64,000 nt of DNA, taken from positions 333-64,332 of the forward strand of contig MWBO01000008.1 in assembly GCA_002071685.1 (NCBI GenBank). The letters run 5' to 3'. Position numbers and translations under genes: made by a program. The notes under the pieces were generated by a model. That model worked only from the letters and a program-made list of their open reading frames with translations, was not told the DNA's origin and made no database searches. The DNA comes from a candidate division WS2 bacterium ADurb.Bin280 (GTDB lineage: Bacteria; Patescibacteriota; UBA1384; DTJR01). This document shows, piece by piece, positions 1 through 8,317 of the stretch (position 1 is its first letter; each line of letters starts with the position of its first letter).

Positions 1-459
1 TGCGTCCTCCAGTTCGGCGACCGCTTCGAGTTCTACGAGGTGGAGTGGTCACACCTCGGCGTCCCGTCGATTGTCGAGCGCTCGGGGAGGGGATGCTGGG
101 CATTCAACCCTGAAGACGGTTCGATCGTCTGGAAGCAGGCGGACAGGGAGAAGGCAACCGTCGTCAGAGTAAGCTCTCCTGTTGCCTACGAAGTCTGCCT
201 CTGGCAGCCCGGAATAGCTCCGGAGTTAGCAGTGGCAGCTCTGGTGGGGGAGCTCGGCATGGGCCCGTCACAGGATGTACCGACCTCGATCGCCCTGAGG
301 TCACTCGACCAACAGATCCGCGAGAGAGCGCTGCACGCTGAAATCAAGTACCTCCTGCGGGAAGCCAGAAAAGCCGTCTGGAAAATGACGAACGGGCACA
401 GCTCCATCGCCCTATCCCTGCACGACGAGCTGGAGAAACTCACCAGCCAGCTCCACTAG
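1..459 (+). CDS. 3' end of a hypothetical protein encoded in a high-GC segment (partial; ORF is open to window position 1)
   Basis: Frame of the 40..459 ORF stays open back to nt 1. About 65% GC against ~37% for the window. No recognisable motif. Confidence 0.3.
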   Translation, partial: CVLQFGDRFEFYEVEWSHLGVPSIVERSGRGCWAFNPEDGSIVWKQADREKATVVRVSSPVAYEVCLWQPGIAPELAVAALVGELGMGPSQDVPTSIALRSLDQQIRERALHAEIKYLLREARKAVWKMTNGHSSIALSLHDELEKLTSQLH

Positions 460-468
460 CATCAAAAC

Positions 469-497
469 GGGGGCACCGATCTTGGGTCGGTGCCCCC
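469..497 (+). terminator. GC-rich hairpin GGGGGCACCGA-(7 nt loop)-TCGGTGCCCCC followed by TTCGCATTTTAT
   Basis: 11-bp perfect inverted repeat 10 nt after the stop of the GC-rich ORF. The GC-to-AT transition occurs here. Confidence 0.5.
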
Positions 498-563
498 TTC
501 GCATTTTATACAAAGACAGCTTGAAAAATTTTTGCTAAAATCATTATAAAAAAGGAGGGAGAT

Positions 564-725
564 ATGTCGATAGTAGAAGAGAGTGAGTTTAAGGGAAACC
601 CCATGATCGTTTTGAAAAATGACGAGGACGATCAATATCCGTTTCAGTTCGGAGTCAAAAAAGCCAAGCTAGTGATTGAGAATATTGAGGAAATAAAAAA
701 ATTCGTTGAAAAACACGAAAAATAA
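564..725 (+). CDS. small acidic hypothetical protein (53 aa), not in ORF track
   Basis: ATG lies 3 nt after a strong SD AAAGGAGGGA (551-560). Translation MSIVEESEFKGNPMIVLKNDEDDQYPFQFGVKKAKLVIENIEEIKKFVEKHEK. Stop is 2 nt before the next gene. Confidence 0.4.
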   Translation: MSIVEESEFKGNPMIVLKNDEDDQYPFQFGVKKAKLVIENIEEIKKFVEKHEK

Positions 726-727
726 AA

Positions 728-1009
728 ATGATCTATTTTGCGATAGGATTGATAATCGGCATAATAATAGGAATTCTCTCAAGACCGGCAGCAGGGACCG
801 CAAACAAAGAGGGTTCGGCCAGAGAAGACAACATCAGTGAACTAAAAACTCTTTTTGAGCGAGAGGAAAAAGTGACAAATGACGATGTCGAGAAGTCACT
901 GGGTGTTTCTGATTCAACTGCGACCAGATACTTAGATCAACTTGAGAAGGACGGATTTATTGTGCAAATAGGAGAAGAGGGGAGATCAGTCTATTACCAA
1001 AAAAAATAA
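728..1009 (+). CDS. small membrane-anchored protein with a C-terminal winged-helix/HTH-like domain
   Basis: N-terminal TM helix IYFAIGLIIGIIIGIL. C-terminal STATRYLDQLEKDGFIVQIGEEGRSVYY resembles MarR/DeoR-type HTH. Confidence 0.45.
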   Translation: MIYFAIGLIIGIIIGILSRPAAGTANKEGSAREDNISELKTLFEREEKVTNDDVEKSLGVSDSTATRYLDQLEKDGFIVQIGEEGRSVYYQKK

Positions 1010-1034
1010 ACGGCTCACTCAAATGAGCCGTTTA
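1007..1034. repeat. palindromic hairpin element, copy 1 (A8-TAAACGGCTCA-CTCAAA-TGAGCCGTTTA-TTTC); likely a bidirectional intrinsic terminator
   Basis: The same 11-bp stem recurs at 45385-45412 and 54869-54896. A decayed copy sits at 44220-44245. All copies lie at gene 3' ends. Confidence 0.6.
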
Positions 1035-1044
1035 TTTCAAGCCA

Positions 1045-1674
1045 ATGAGCAAGCAAAATCTGATAAATAACCTGACAAATTCAGGCTTGATAACGAGACG
1101 ATCGATAAAAAAGGCCTTCGAGAGGGTTGATCGAAAAGACTTTGTTTTGCGAGAATACAAGGACCTTGCATACGCTGATCAGTCACTACCGATTGGCTTT
1201 GATCAGACTATATCGCAGCCATCGACAGTCGCTTTCATGCTCAAATTACTTAATGTAAAAGAAGGTGATCTGGTGCTCGATGTGGGATCGGGATCGGGCT
1301 GGACAAGCGCTCTCTTGGCACAAATAGTATCAGGCAGTGGCTTTGTGACTGCGGTTGAGAGAATAGAGGATCTAATTAATCGCTCAATCTTAAATACCAA
1401 AAAATACAGATTTGAAAACATCGCTTTTAAAAAGGCGGGTAAGGAACTCGGCTATAGCGAAAATGCCCCTTATGACAAAATTCTTGTTTCCGCAACAAGC
1501 GACGATATACCAGAAGAACTGATCGATCAATTGAAGCTGGAGGGAGTGATGGTTGTTCCGGTAAAAAATTCAATCCTTAGAGTCAAAAAAACAAAAAGCG
1601 GTGCTATTAGAAAAAGGGATTTTCCCGGATTTGTATTTGTCAAACTAATTAAGGACGAAGATGATGAAGATTAA
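1045..1674 (+). CDS. pcm: protein-L-isoaspartate O-methyltransferase
   Basis: DQTISQPSTVAFMLKLL followed by the VLDVGSGSGWTSALLAQ SAM-binding motif. Confidence 0.8.
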   Translation: MSKQNLINNLTNSGLITRRSIKKAFERVDRKDFVLREYKDLAYADQSLPIGFDQTISQPSTVAFMLKLLNVKEGDLVLDVGSGSGWTSALLAQIVSGSGFVTAVERIEDLINRSILNTKKYRFENIAFKKAGKELGYSENAPYDKILVSATSDDIPEELIDQLKLEGVMVVPVKNSILRVKKTKSGAIRKRDFPGFVFVKLIKDEDDED

Positions 1675-2032
1675 TCCATTGAACGAAGAAGAGAGGAGAA
1701 TCATTGAGGAAAAGGGAACGGAACCACCCTTCTCAGGTAAATACAACGACTTTTTCAAGGAAGGTGTCTTTGTCTGCAAAAGATGCTCAAATCCTCTCTT
1801 TTCTTCACAAGCAAAGTTCAAGTCATCCTGTGGCTGGCCCTCATTTGATGAATATTTTGAGGGGGCAGCGAGAGAGGTTCCAGACAGCGACGGAATCCGT
1901 ACAGAGATCGTTTGCAACAAGTGTTTGGCACATCTAGGACATGTTTTTCGTGGCGAAAATTTTACGCCAAAAAACACTCGACATTGTGTTAATTCGCTTT
2001 CGATTAAATTTATCCCAGAATTAAAGGGTTGA
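1661..2032 (+). CDS. msrB: peptide methionine-R-sulfoxide reductase MsrB
   Basis: CKRCSNPLF...SSCGWPSF...CNKCLAHLGHVF: two CxxC pairs and the conserved GWPSF/HLGHVF motifs. Confidence 0.85.
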   Translation: MMKINPLNEEERRIIEEKGTEPPFSGKYNDFFKEGVFVCKRCSNPLFSSQAKFKSSCGWPSFDEYFEGAAREVPDSDGIRTEIVCNKCLAHLGHVFRGENFTPKNTRHCVNSLSIKFIPELKG

Positions 2033-2067
2033 ATTATTTTCAATGATCGTTAAAATTTAGAAAAATA

Positions 2068-3381
2068 ATGGAATACGTTCAAGAAAAAAAGATGGGGGCT
2101 CTTTCGGTTGGTGCTGTAGTAACAGCGATTGTTTTGGGTGTTTTGGCAAACCTTGGAGTGGGTGCAATACTAGTAACAAAAAACAAACTGGAATTTGCCA
2201 AAGCGGAAAATCAAGCGGAAAAAATTTCACAAGAATCTGAAACGATAGAAGAGCTGATGCCATCGTTAAACTTTCTGAAAACGGGAGAATCTGGAAAAAA
2301 CGGAGCAAACGGATTTGACGGAAAAAATGGAACAAACGGAACAAATGGAATAAATGGAGAGAACGGTCAAAATGGAGTGAATGGCTCAAATGGCCAAAAT
2401 GGGGAAAACGGTCTTGATGGCGAGACGGGAAATCAAGGCGCAAAAGGTGTTGCCGGTGACACAGGAACGAAGGGATTGACCACCGGATTTATCACAAGTC
2501 TCGAAAGAACAACTCAAGAGCGAATTTATTATGTAAACTCGTCTTCAGGAAGCGACATAACAGGAGTCGGCAGTCTTGACAGTCCATACGCTACTGTACA
2601 AAAAGCGATTAATTCCGTTCCCGAAAAAATCTCTCACAACACGACAATTCAAGTGGCTGCAGGAACGTATCGCGAAGGACTGGATTTTAAAAAAATAATA
2701 GATAGCGGAAAACTTTTCACAATCAAGGGTGACGCTTCCGACCCCAACTCTTATCGCATCACCGGCGCAGACGCTGGTGCTGAAACAACAGCAGTTCGAA
2801 GCTACGGTTTGGTAAACAGAAGCAACGGCAAGACCGGCGGAGGCGTGAAAGTTGAAGGGCTTCGATTTGATTACTTCAAAAATGCCGGTTTTTATTCCTA
2901 CTTTAATGCAAATACTCAATTAAAAGACATTGTCTTTCATCGATGCGCAAACTCAACCACTAGTGTAATTTATATGGTATCGTTTTCAAGGATAGATATT
3001 TACGGATCGTTAAGTATCACAGGTGATGGCAACGATTCCGGCTTTTATGCTTATGCAGCAACCAATACGATTAATGTTTTTGATGGTGCAACAATAAATA
3101 TTTACAATGTAGCATTTGGAATCGACAGTTTTTCGGGACTCATTGTGAACTCAAGCTCAGGTGCTACATGGAATATCGACAATAGCCAAATTGCAAAAAC
3201 CGGAGTCGGGATACAAGCGTGGCACGGGGAAAGAATCAAAGGGATTAAGGGAACGATGAAAAATCTTAATTATGGTGTCTGGGCAGCAAACTTGGCGCTT
3301 ATAAGTATTGGAACAATCGAAATGACAAATGTAACCACAGCAATTAACGAAACGCTCGGCGGAGTGGTAGTCGAAAACTAA
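2068..3381 (+). CDS. membrane-anchored collagen-like repeat protein with a C-terminal right-handed beta-helix (pectate-lyase-like) domain
   Basis: N-terminal TM segment, then ~22 consecutive G-X-Y triplets (GKNGANGFDGKNGTNGTNGINGENGQNG...). These are followed by YYVNSSSGSD...PYATVQKAINSV...AAGTYRE, the typical cap motif of parallel beta-helix proteins. Confidence 0.7.
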   Translation: MEYVQEKKMGALSVGAVVTAIVLGVLANLGVGAILVTKNKLEFAKAENQAEKISQESETIEELMPSLNFLKTGESGKNGANGFDGKNGTNGTNGINGENGQNGVNGSNGQNGENGLDGETGNQGAKGVAGDTGTKGLTTGFITSLERTTQERIYYVNSSSGSDITGVGSLDSPYATVQKAINSVPEKISHNTTIQVAAGTYREGLDFKKIIDSGKLFTIKGDASDPNSYRITGADAGAETTAVRSYGLVNRSNGKTGGGVKVEGLRFDYFKNAGFYSYFNANTQLKDIVFHRCANSTTSVIYMVSFSRIDIYGSLSITGDGNDSGFYAYAATNTINVFDGATINIYNVAFGIDSFSGLIVNSSSGATWNIDNSQIAKTGVGIQAWHGERIKGIKGTMKNLNYGVWAANLALISIGTIEMTNVTTAINETLGGVVVEN

Positions 3382-3393
3382 TTAATTTAAAAA

Positions 3394-4680
3394 ATGGAAA
3401 AATCAAACAAACTCATCAGCCAAATTGCATCGTTTTTTATAGTATTGCTTGTTTCAATATCGTACTCTTACCTCGCCTATGCCCAACCCAAAAAAGCCAT
3501 AAACTCATTGAATGATTTTGTGTCCGGTATAAATGAAAAAATTGACAAGTTTTCCGCCGAAAAGATGAGCCAAGGAGAAAAGGGGAGCGACGGCATTGAC
3601 GGATCAAACGGTAAAGATGGTGAAAATGGTAGCGATGGAACAAATGGATTATCGGGTACAAATGGCGCTAATGGTACGAACGGAACCGATGGCACAAATG
3701 GCATAAATGGGATAAATGGCCAAAATGGATCAACTGGTATTCAGGGCGAAAAAGGCGACAACGGACCCAGAGGTCTTGCTGGCGACACCGAGGAGTTGGG
3801 AAGTATCACATCGGCTGCCATTACATATTATGTAAGCCCATCCGGAAGTGACGAAAACGGTGATGGTACGGTGGGCCTGCCCTTTGCCACAATACAGCAC
3901 GCTATCGATTCATTGCCTGATTTTCTAGCACACGAATGCAACATAATTTTGGCAGCGGGTACTTATCGGGAATCGGTAGTGATAAATAAAAACTCAGTTA
4001 ACGCAACGAATTACTTATATATAACAGGCAACACGTCAAGCCCCAACTCTTACATAATCTCAGGAGCAGATTCGGCTTCGCCAACAGAAGCTGTCAGGGA
4101 TTATGGCATAACCCTTTATGGTGATGCCGCCTATTATTTGCGAGGGATACGTCTTGATTATTTCAAGAAAGCCGGCTTGTTCATGGAAAATGGATCACGC
4201 TCTCGAATCCAAAATATTAATTTTAATTATTGCGCACAGGACAATTTGTATGGCGCTATAAGACAATCATCGTACACATACCTAGACATACGCGGAGCAA
4301 TAAATATCACGGGAAATGGCGGAAACAATGAATCGGGATTTTATTCCGCTGACGGTCCAAGCTATATGTACAATTACGGTACCTTTGCAATCAATATTTA
4401 CAAAGTGAAGTATGGCGTTTATTCAAGTAGTACCTCACAGTGGATCGGGGATAACACGGTGCAATGGACGGTAGACAATAGTGCCATAGATAAAATCGCC
4501 GGAAGCGCAGGCGTCTATTTTGGGGCGGGAGATCATGGACACGACTTCGAGCTTGATGTAAACAATTTTACATACGGAGTCTATCTGGACAATCTATCCC
4601 TCTTTGATGTAAACGTAGGAAATACATATACAAATGTAGATACTAGCGTAAGTGCGAACAATGGAAGTTTGTCGGTATAA
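3394..4680 (+). CDS. secreted collagen-like repeat protein with a beta-helix domain (paralog of 2068..3381)
   Basis: Signal peptide ending AYA|QP. G-X-Y run GEKGSDGIDGSNGKDGENGSDGTNG...GPRGLAGD. Then YYVSPSGSDENGDGTVGLPFATIQHAIDSL...AAGTYRE. Confidence 0.7.
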   Translation: MEKSNKLISQIASFFIVLLVSISYSYLAYAQPKKAINSLNDFVSGINEKIDKFSAEKMSQGEKGSDGIDGSNGKDGENGSDGTNGLSGTNGANGTNGTDGTNGINGINGQNGSTGIQGEKGDNGPRGLAGDTEELGSITSAAITYYVSPSGSDENGDGTVGLPFATIQHAIDSLPDFLAHECNIILAAGTYRESVVINKNSVNATNYLYITGNTSSPNSYIISGADSASPTEAVRDYGITLYGDAAYYLRGIRLDYFKKAGLFMENGSRSRIQNINFNYCAQDNLYGAIRQSSYTYLDIRGAINITGNGGNNESGFYSADGPSYMYNYGTFAINIYKVKYGVYSSSTSQWIGDNTVQWTVDNSAIDKIAGSAGVYFGAGDHGHDFELDVNNFTYGVYLDNLSLFDVNVGNTYTNVDTSVSANNGSLSV

Positions 4681-5169
4681 ATGAAAAAAGACACTGCAAT
4701 ATTTGCCTCGGGATGTTTTTGGGGAACACAATATTATCTCTCAAAAGCGGTCGGTGTTGTCAAAACCCAAGTCGGATACACAGGAGGGGAGCTAGAAAGC
4801 CCTACTTACGAACAAGTTTGCTCTGGTAAAACTGGTCATGTTGAGGCGGTAAAAGTTGAGTATGATCCAGATAAAACAAATTACGAGAATTTATCGAAAC
4901 TCTTCTTTGAAACTCACGACTTTTCTCAAAAAGGCGGTCAGGGGCCGGACATCGGGAGTCAATACGAATCGGTCATCTTTTATGCCAACAATCAAGAGAA
5001 AAAAATTGCCCAAGTACTCATTAATGAGCTTGAAAACAGGGGAATGAAAGTCGCAACAAAAATAGCACCGAGAAAGGAATTTTATGTTGCGGAAGAATAT
5101 CATCAAGATTATTATTTGAAAAACCAGCAAACGCCCTATTGTCATAGATACAGAAAACTCTTTTCCTAG
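4681..5169 (+). CDS. msrA: peptide methionine-S-sulfoxide reductase MsrA
   Basis: ASGCFWGTQYY active-site motif. Confidence 0.85.
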   Translation: MKKDTAIFASGCFWGTQYYLSKAVGVVKTQVGYTGGELESPTYEQVCSGKTGHVEAVKVEYDPDKTNYENLSKLFFETHDFSQKGGQGPDIGSQYESVIFYANNQEKKIAQVLINELENRGMKVATKIAPRKEFYVAEEYHQDYYLKNQQTPYCHRYRKLFS

Positions 5170-5176
5170 ATAGCGC

Positions 5177-5205
5177 CTTGACTTGAGGCCTCAAATCTGT
5201 TATGA
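5177..5205 (+). promoter_or_regulatory. sigma70-like promoter for typA: TTGACT-17 nt-TATGAT
   Basis: -35 at 5177-5182 and -10 at 5200-5205. The spacer contains the palindrome TGAGGCCTCA. Confidence 0.5.
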
Positions 5206-5245
5206 TTTGTTTTTTGTATCAAGCAAAACATTAAAAAATTGGTAA

Positions 5246-7054
5246 ATGGAAATTAGAAACGTCGCCATAATTGCTCACGTTGATCACGGAAAAACATCTC
5301 TGGTAGATGGATTTTTAAAGCAAACCGAAACATTTCGAGAAAACGAAGCTATTATGGATGAAACGCTGATAATGGACTCAAATGACCAAGAGAGGGAACG
5401 GGGAATTACTATTTTGGCCAAAAATACCTCTGTAATATACAACCAAACAAAAATCAATATCATAGACACCCCGGGACACGCCGACTTCGGAGGAGAAGTT
5501 GAAAGAAGTCTAAATATGGCCGACGGAGCGATTTTGGTCATAGATGCTCAAGAGGGCCCCATGCCCCAAACCAAGTTTGTTTTAAAAAAAGCCTTTGAGC
5601 TTGGACTCAAGATAATGGTAGTGATCAATAAAATTGATAAAAAAAACGCCGACATAGAAAGGACTCTGGGTAGAACGTATGATCTTTTTTTGGAATTAGC
5701 TACCGACGAAAAACAGCTAGATTTTCCTATTTACTATGCAATCGCCAAAGAGGGTAAGGCATGGGATGAATTACCGGACAATATAAACGAAGAAAAGAAT
5801 TTATTAATAATCTTAGATGGAATTATTGAAAATATTCCCACGCCACAAACTGATGTCGAAGGCCCACTGCAAATGCTGGTTTCGGCCCTTGATTACGATA
5901 ATTACGTAGGAAAATATGCTGTGGGAAAGATTAAAAGAGGCAAGGTAAAAACCGGACAAAAAATTACTTTGGTCAAAGATGGTAACGTTGCTCAAAGCGG
6001 AAAAATTGAAAAGATATTTCAGAATTTTGGCGTCAAAAAAAGCGAAATTAACGAAGCTCTCTCTGGTGACATCGTAGCGATTGCCGGACTTTCGCAAGTG
6101 ATGATTTCAGATACGATTTGCGACGAAAATAAAATAGAACCTCTTGAAAGGCCGAAAATCGAAGAGCCAACCCTGCGACTTTCAATGTATACCAATACTT
6201 CTCCGTTTGCCGGCAAAGAGGGGAAATTCGTGACCGCGCGCGAATTGCTTGAACGTATTAGAAAAGAGCTTGAGACAAACGTGTCCATGAGACTAGAGAT
6301 TGATCAAAATGGTCGATACATTGTTAGTGGCCGTGGAGAACTCCACATTAGCGTTTTTGTCGAATCATTGCGTCGAGAGGGATATGAACTGGAACTTGGC
6401 AAACCGGAGGTGATTACCAAAGAGATAGAGGGTGTTGTTTGCGAACCGGTGGAAGAATTGACAATTGATGTAGATGACGAATATGCGAATCAAGTAATAA
6501 ACGAAGTTAACAGAAGAAAAGGATTGATGATCAGCCAGGATAAGATCTCCGGATCTACAAGACTTATTTTTGAAATATCGACGAGAGGAACGCTTGGGCT
6601 TAGAAATGTCTTGATAAGTGCATCGCGAGGAACAGCAGTAGTTAACTCAATATTTTTGAGATATCAAAAAATGGGCGAAAAACTTCCCAAGATCAGAAAT
6701 GGTGCTTTGATCGCTTACGAGCAAGGAAAAGCAGTCACATATGGACTAAACGCAGCCCAAGAAAGGGGAGTGATTTTTATTTCACCACAAACTCAAGTTT
6801 ACGAAGGTATGATCGTCGGGCTAAATAACAGAGAAAACGATCTCGAGGTAAATGTTTGCAAAGAGAAAAAACTAACAAATGTCAGGTCTTCAAACTCCGA
6901 TATATCAGTCGCTCTAACACCTCCAACAGTCCTTTCACTCGAACAATCGATCGATTTTCTAGAAGACGACGAACTTCTTGAGGTCACGCCGTCATCCTTG
7001 CGCCTTAGAAAGAAAATTTTGAAAAATCAGGAAAGATACAAAAGTAAAAAATGA
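5246..7054 (+). CDS. typA: translational GTPase TypA/BipA
   Basis: G1 AHVDHGKTS and G3 DTPGHADF at the N-terminus. Length 602 aa, with EF-G-like domains. Confidence 0.9.
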   Translation: MEIRNVAIIAHVDHGKTSLVDGFLKQTETFRENEAIMDETLIMDSNDQERERGITILAKNTSVIYNQTKINIIDTPGHADFGGEVERSLNMADGAILVIDAQEGPMPQTKFVLKKAFELGLKIMVVINKIDKKNADIERTLGRTYDLFLELATDEKQLDFPIYYAIAKEGKAWDELPDNINEEKNLLIILDGIIENIPTPQTDVEGPLQMLVSALDYDNYVGKYAVGKIKRGKVKTGQKITLVKDGNVAQSGKIEKIFQNFGVKKSEINEALSGDIVAIAGLSQVMISDTICDENKIEPLERPKIEEPTLRLSMYTNTSPFAGKEGKFVTARELLERIRKELETNVSMRLEIDQNGRYIVSGRGELHISVFVESLRREGYELELGKPEVITKEIEGVVCEPVEELTIDVDDEYANQVINEVNRRKGLMISQDKISGSTRLIFEISTRGTLGLRNVLISASRGTAVVNSIFLRYQKMGEKLPKIRNGALIAYEQGKAVTYGLNAAQERGVIFISPQTQVYEGMIVGLNNRENDLEVNVCKEKKLTNVRSSNSDISVALTPPTVLSLEQSIDFLEDDELLEVTPSSLRLRKKILKNQERYKSKK

Positions 7055-7105
7055 ATCAGGGCGCCCGATACCTTGGTGTGGTACCGGACGCCCCGAGAGA
7101 ACCAC

Positions 7106-7423
7106 TCAGGGAGTGGGCTGGGGCACGACCTGCTTGCCGATCTTCAGGTTGAACTGTGCCACAGGACCGATCTCGGCAAGCACAGCACTCGCCTGGAACT
7201 TTTGGCGCATTCCCGGATTGCCCTCCACCTCGCAGGCGTAAACTATGCCCGCTTCCATGTCTCGGGCGAAGCGCGAGGGTATGAACACCTCGGGGAGAGT
7301 GCCGGGAAGGGGGTTACAGACCTTTCCCCCCGTGGTTATGTACGCAACCACCACTCCGAACGCCACCCCCTGACTCGTCGAGCCACGAACCCAAACGCAA
7401 GCATTGACCGGCATTCCAATCAC
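7106..7423 (-). CDS. hypothetical small protein (105 aa) encoded in a high-GC island
   Basis: SD AGGGAG lies 9 nt upstream of the ATG. The opposite-strand ORF 7073..7465 reads as low-complexity R/H-rich and is taken as a shadow. Confidence 0.35.
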   Translation of the reverse strand: MIGMPVNACVWVRGSTSQGVAFGVVVAYITTGGKVCNPLPGTLPEVFIPSRFARDMEAGIVYACEVEGNPGMRQKFQASAVLAEIGPVAQFNLKIGKQVVPQPTP

Positions 7424-7543
7424 TCCCTAGTCATATTGATCGCCCAAGCGATCAAAAAACCATAGCAAATAATTGCAAAAAATCAATCTTTATAAAGCAA
7501 AATTTTTAATTTATAGTTAATTTAATATTTAAGCGGGGGAAAA

Positions 7544-8317
7544 ATGAAAATAGGGATTGCACTTAGCGGCGGGGGAGTTCTCGGAGCGGCACACATCGGC
7601 GCATTGAAAGAGATAGAAAAAGCCAACATTAAGATCGAATATGTTTGTGGTGCCTCTGCCGGATCGATCATCGGCGGGATCTACAGTAGTTCGGGAATAG
7701 AAGGACTGGAAGAATTTTATAACGAGATCAGCAATAAAAAGGGATTTTCGCCAAATACAAGATTTCAAATCCAATCTCCCTCAAGATTTTTTAGCGAGCT
7801 TGAAAACACCGTCTCAAAATATCTGGAGCCAAAAATAGACAGACCACAAATACCATTTGGAGCAGTAGCGACAAATCTAGAAACCGGATTGCCAGAGCTT
7901 CTTCAAGAGGGAGATAAATTAAAAAATATTATGGCCTCCTGCGCTTATCCCGGAGTATTTCCGATAGTAAGAATCTCTTCGAAACTCTATGTGGACGGAG
8001 GTATCGCTGTAAATTTACCGGCAGAGTTTGTCAAAAATGAATGTGATTTCACAATCGGCTCAAGCATTTATTCATTGCCAAAAATTAAAAAATCATATTT
8101 TGATAAAAATTCCAGAACTAGAGTGCTCTCAAGGTCGTTGGAAATTATCGAAAACCGCTTGAGTTATTATCAAGAAAATTATTGCGACTTCTGCTTCAAG
8201 CCGCAGATAAAAAATCTCAAGTGGTTTCATTTCTGGAAACTCCAAGAAGCGCGGGACGCAGGAGAAGCTAATGCGAAAAAACAAATAAACGATCTGGTGC
8301 AGTTGCTAAATAGATAA
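7544..8317 (+). CDS. patatin-like phospholipase
   Basis: GGGVLGAAHIG oxyanion-hole motif and GASAG (GxSxG) nucleophile motif. Confidence 0.8.
   Translation: MKIGIALSGGGVLGAAHIGALKEIEKANIKIEYVCGASAGSIIGGIYSSSGIEGLEEFYNEISNKKGFSPNTRFQIQSPSRFFSELENTVSKYLEPKIDRPQIPFGAVATNLETGLPELLQEGDKLKNIMASCAYPGVFPIVRISSKLYVDGGIAVNLPAEFVKNECDFTIGSSIYSLPKIKKSYFDKNSRTRVLSRSLEIIENRLSYYQENYCDFCFKPQIKNLKWFHFWKLQEARDAGEANAKKQINDLVQLLNR

Noticed and set aside
5284-6288. Antisense ORFs inside typA (and similarly inside clpC, nrdJ, the helicase and others)
   Set aside because: They are shadow ORFs opposite well-supported long genes.
7106-7423. Idea that the island-2 protein is a BMC vertex (EutN/CcmL) or TOBE protein
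   Set aside because: It lacks the conserved ...VIGTV.ST.K...KLL.V... pattern. No confident family assignment is possible by eye.
7073-7465. 130-aa plus-strand ORF in GC island 2
   Set aside because: The R/H/L-rich low-complexity translation is typical of a reverse-strand shadow in high-GC DNA. The minus-strand ORF has an SD and is preferred.
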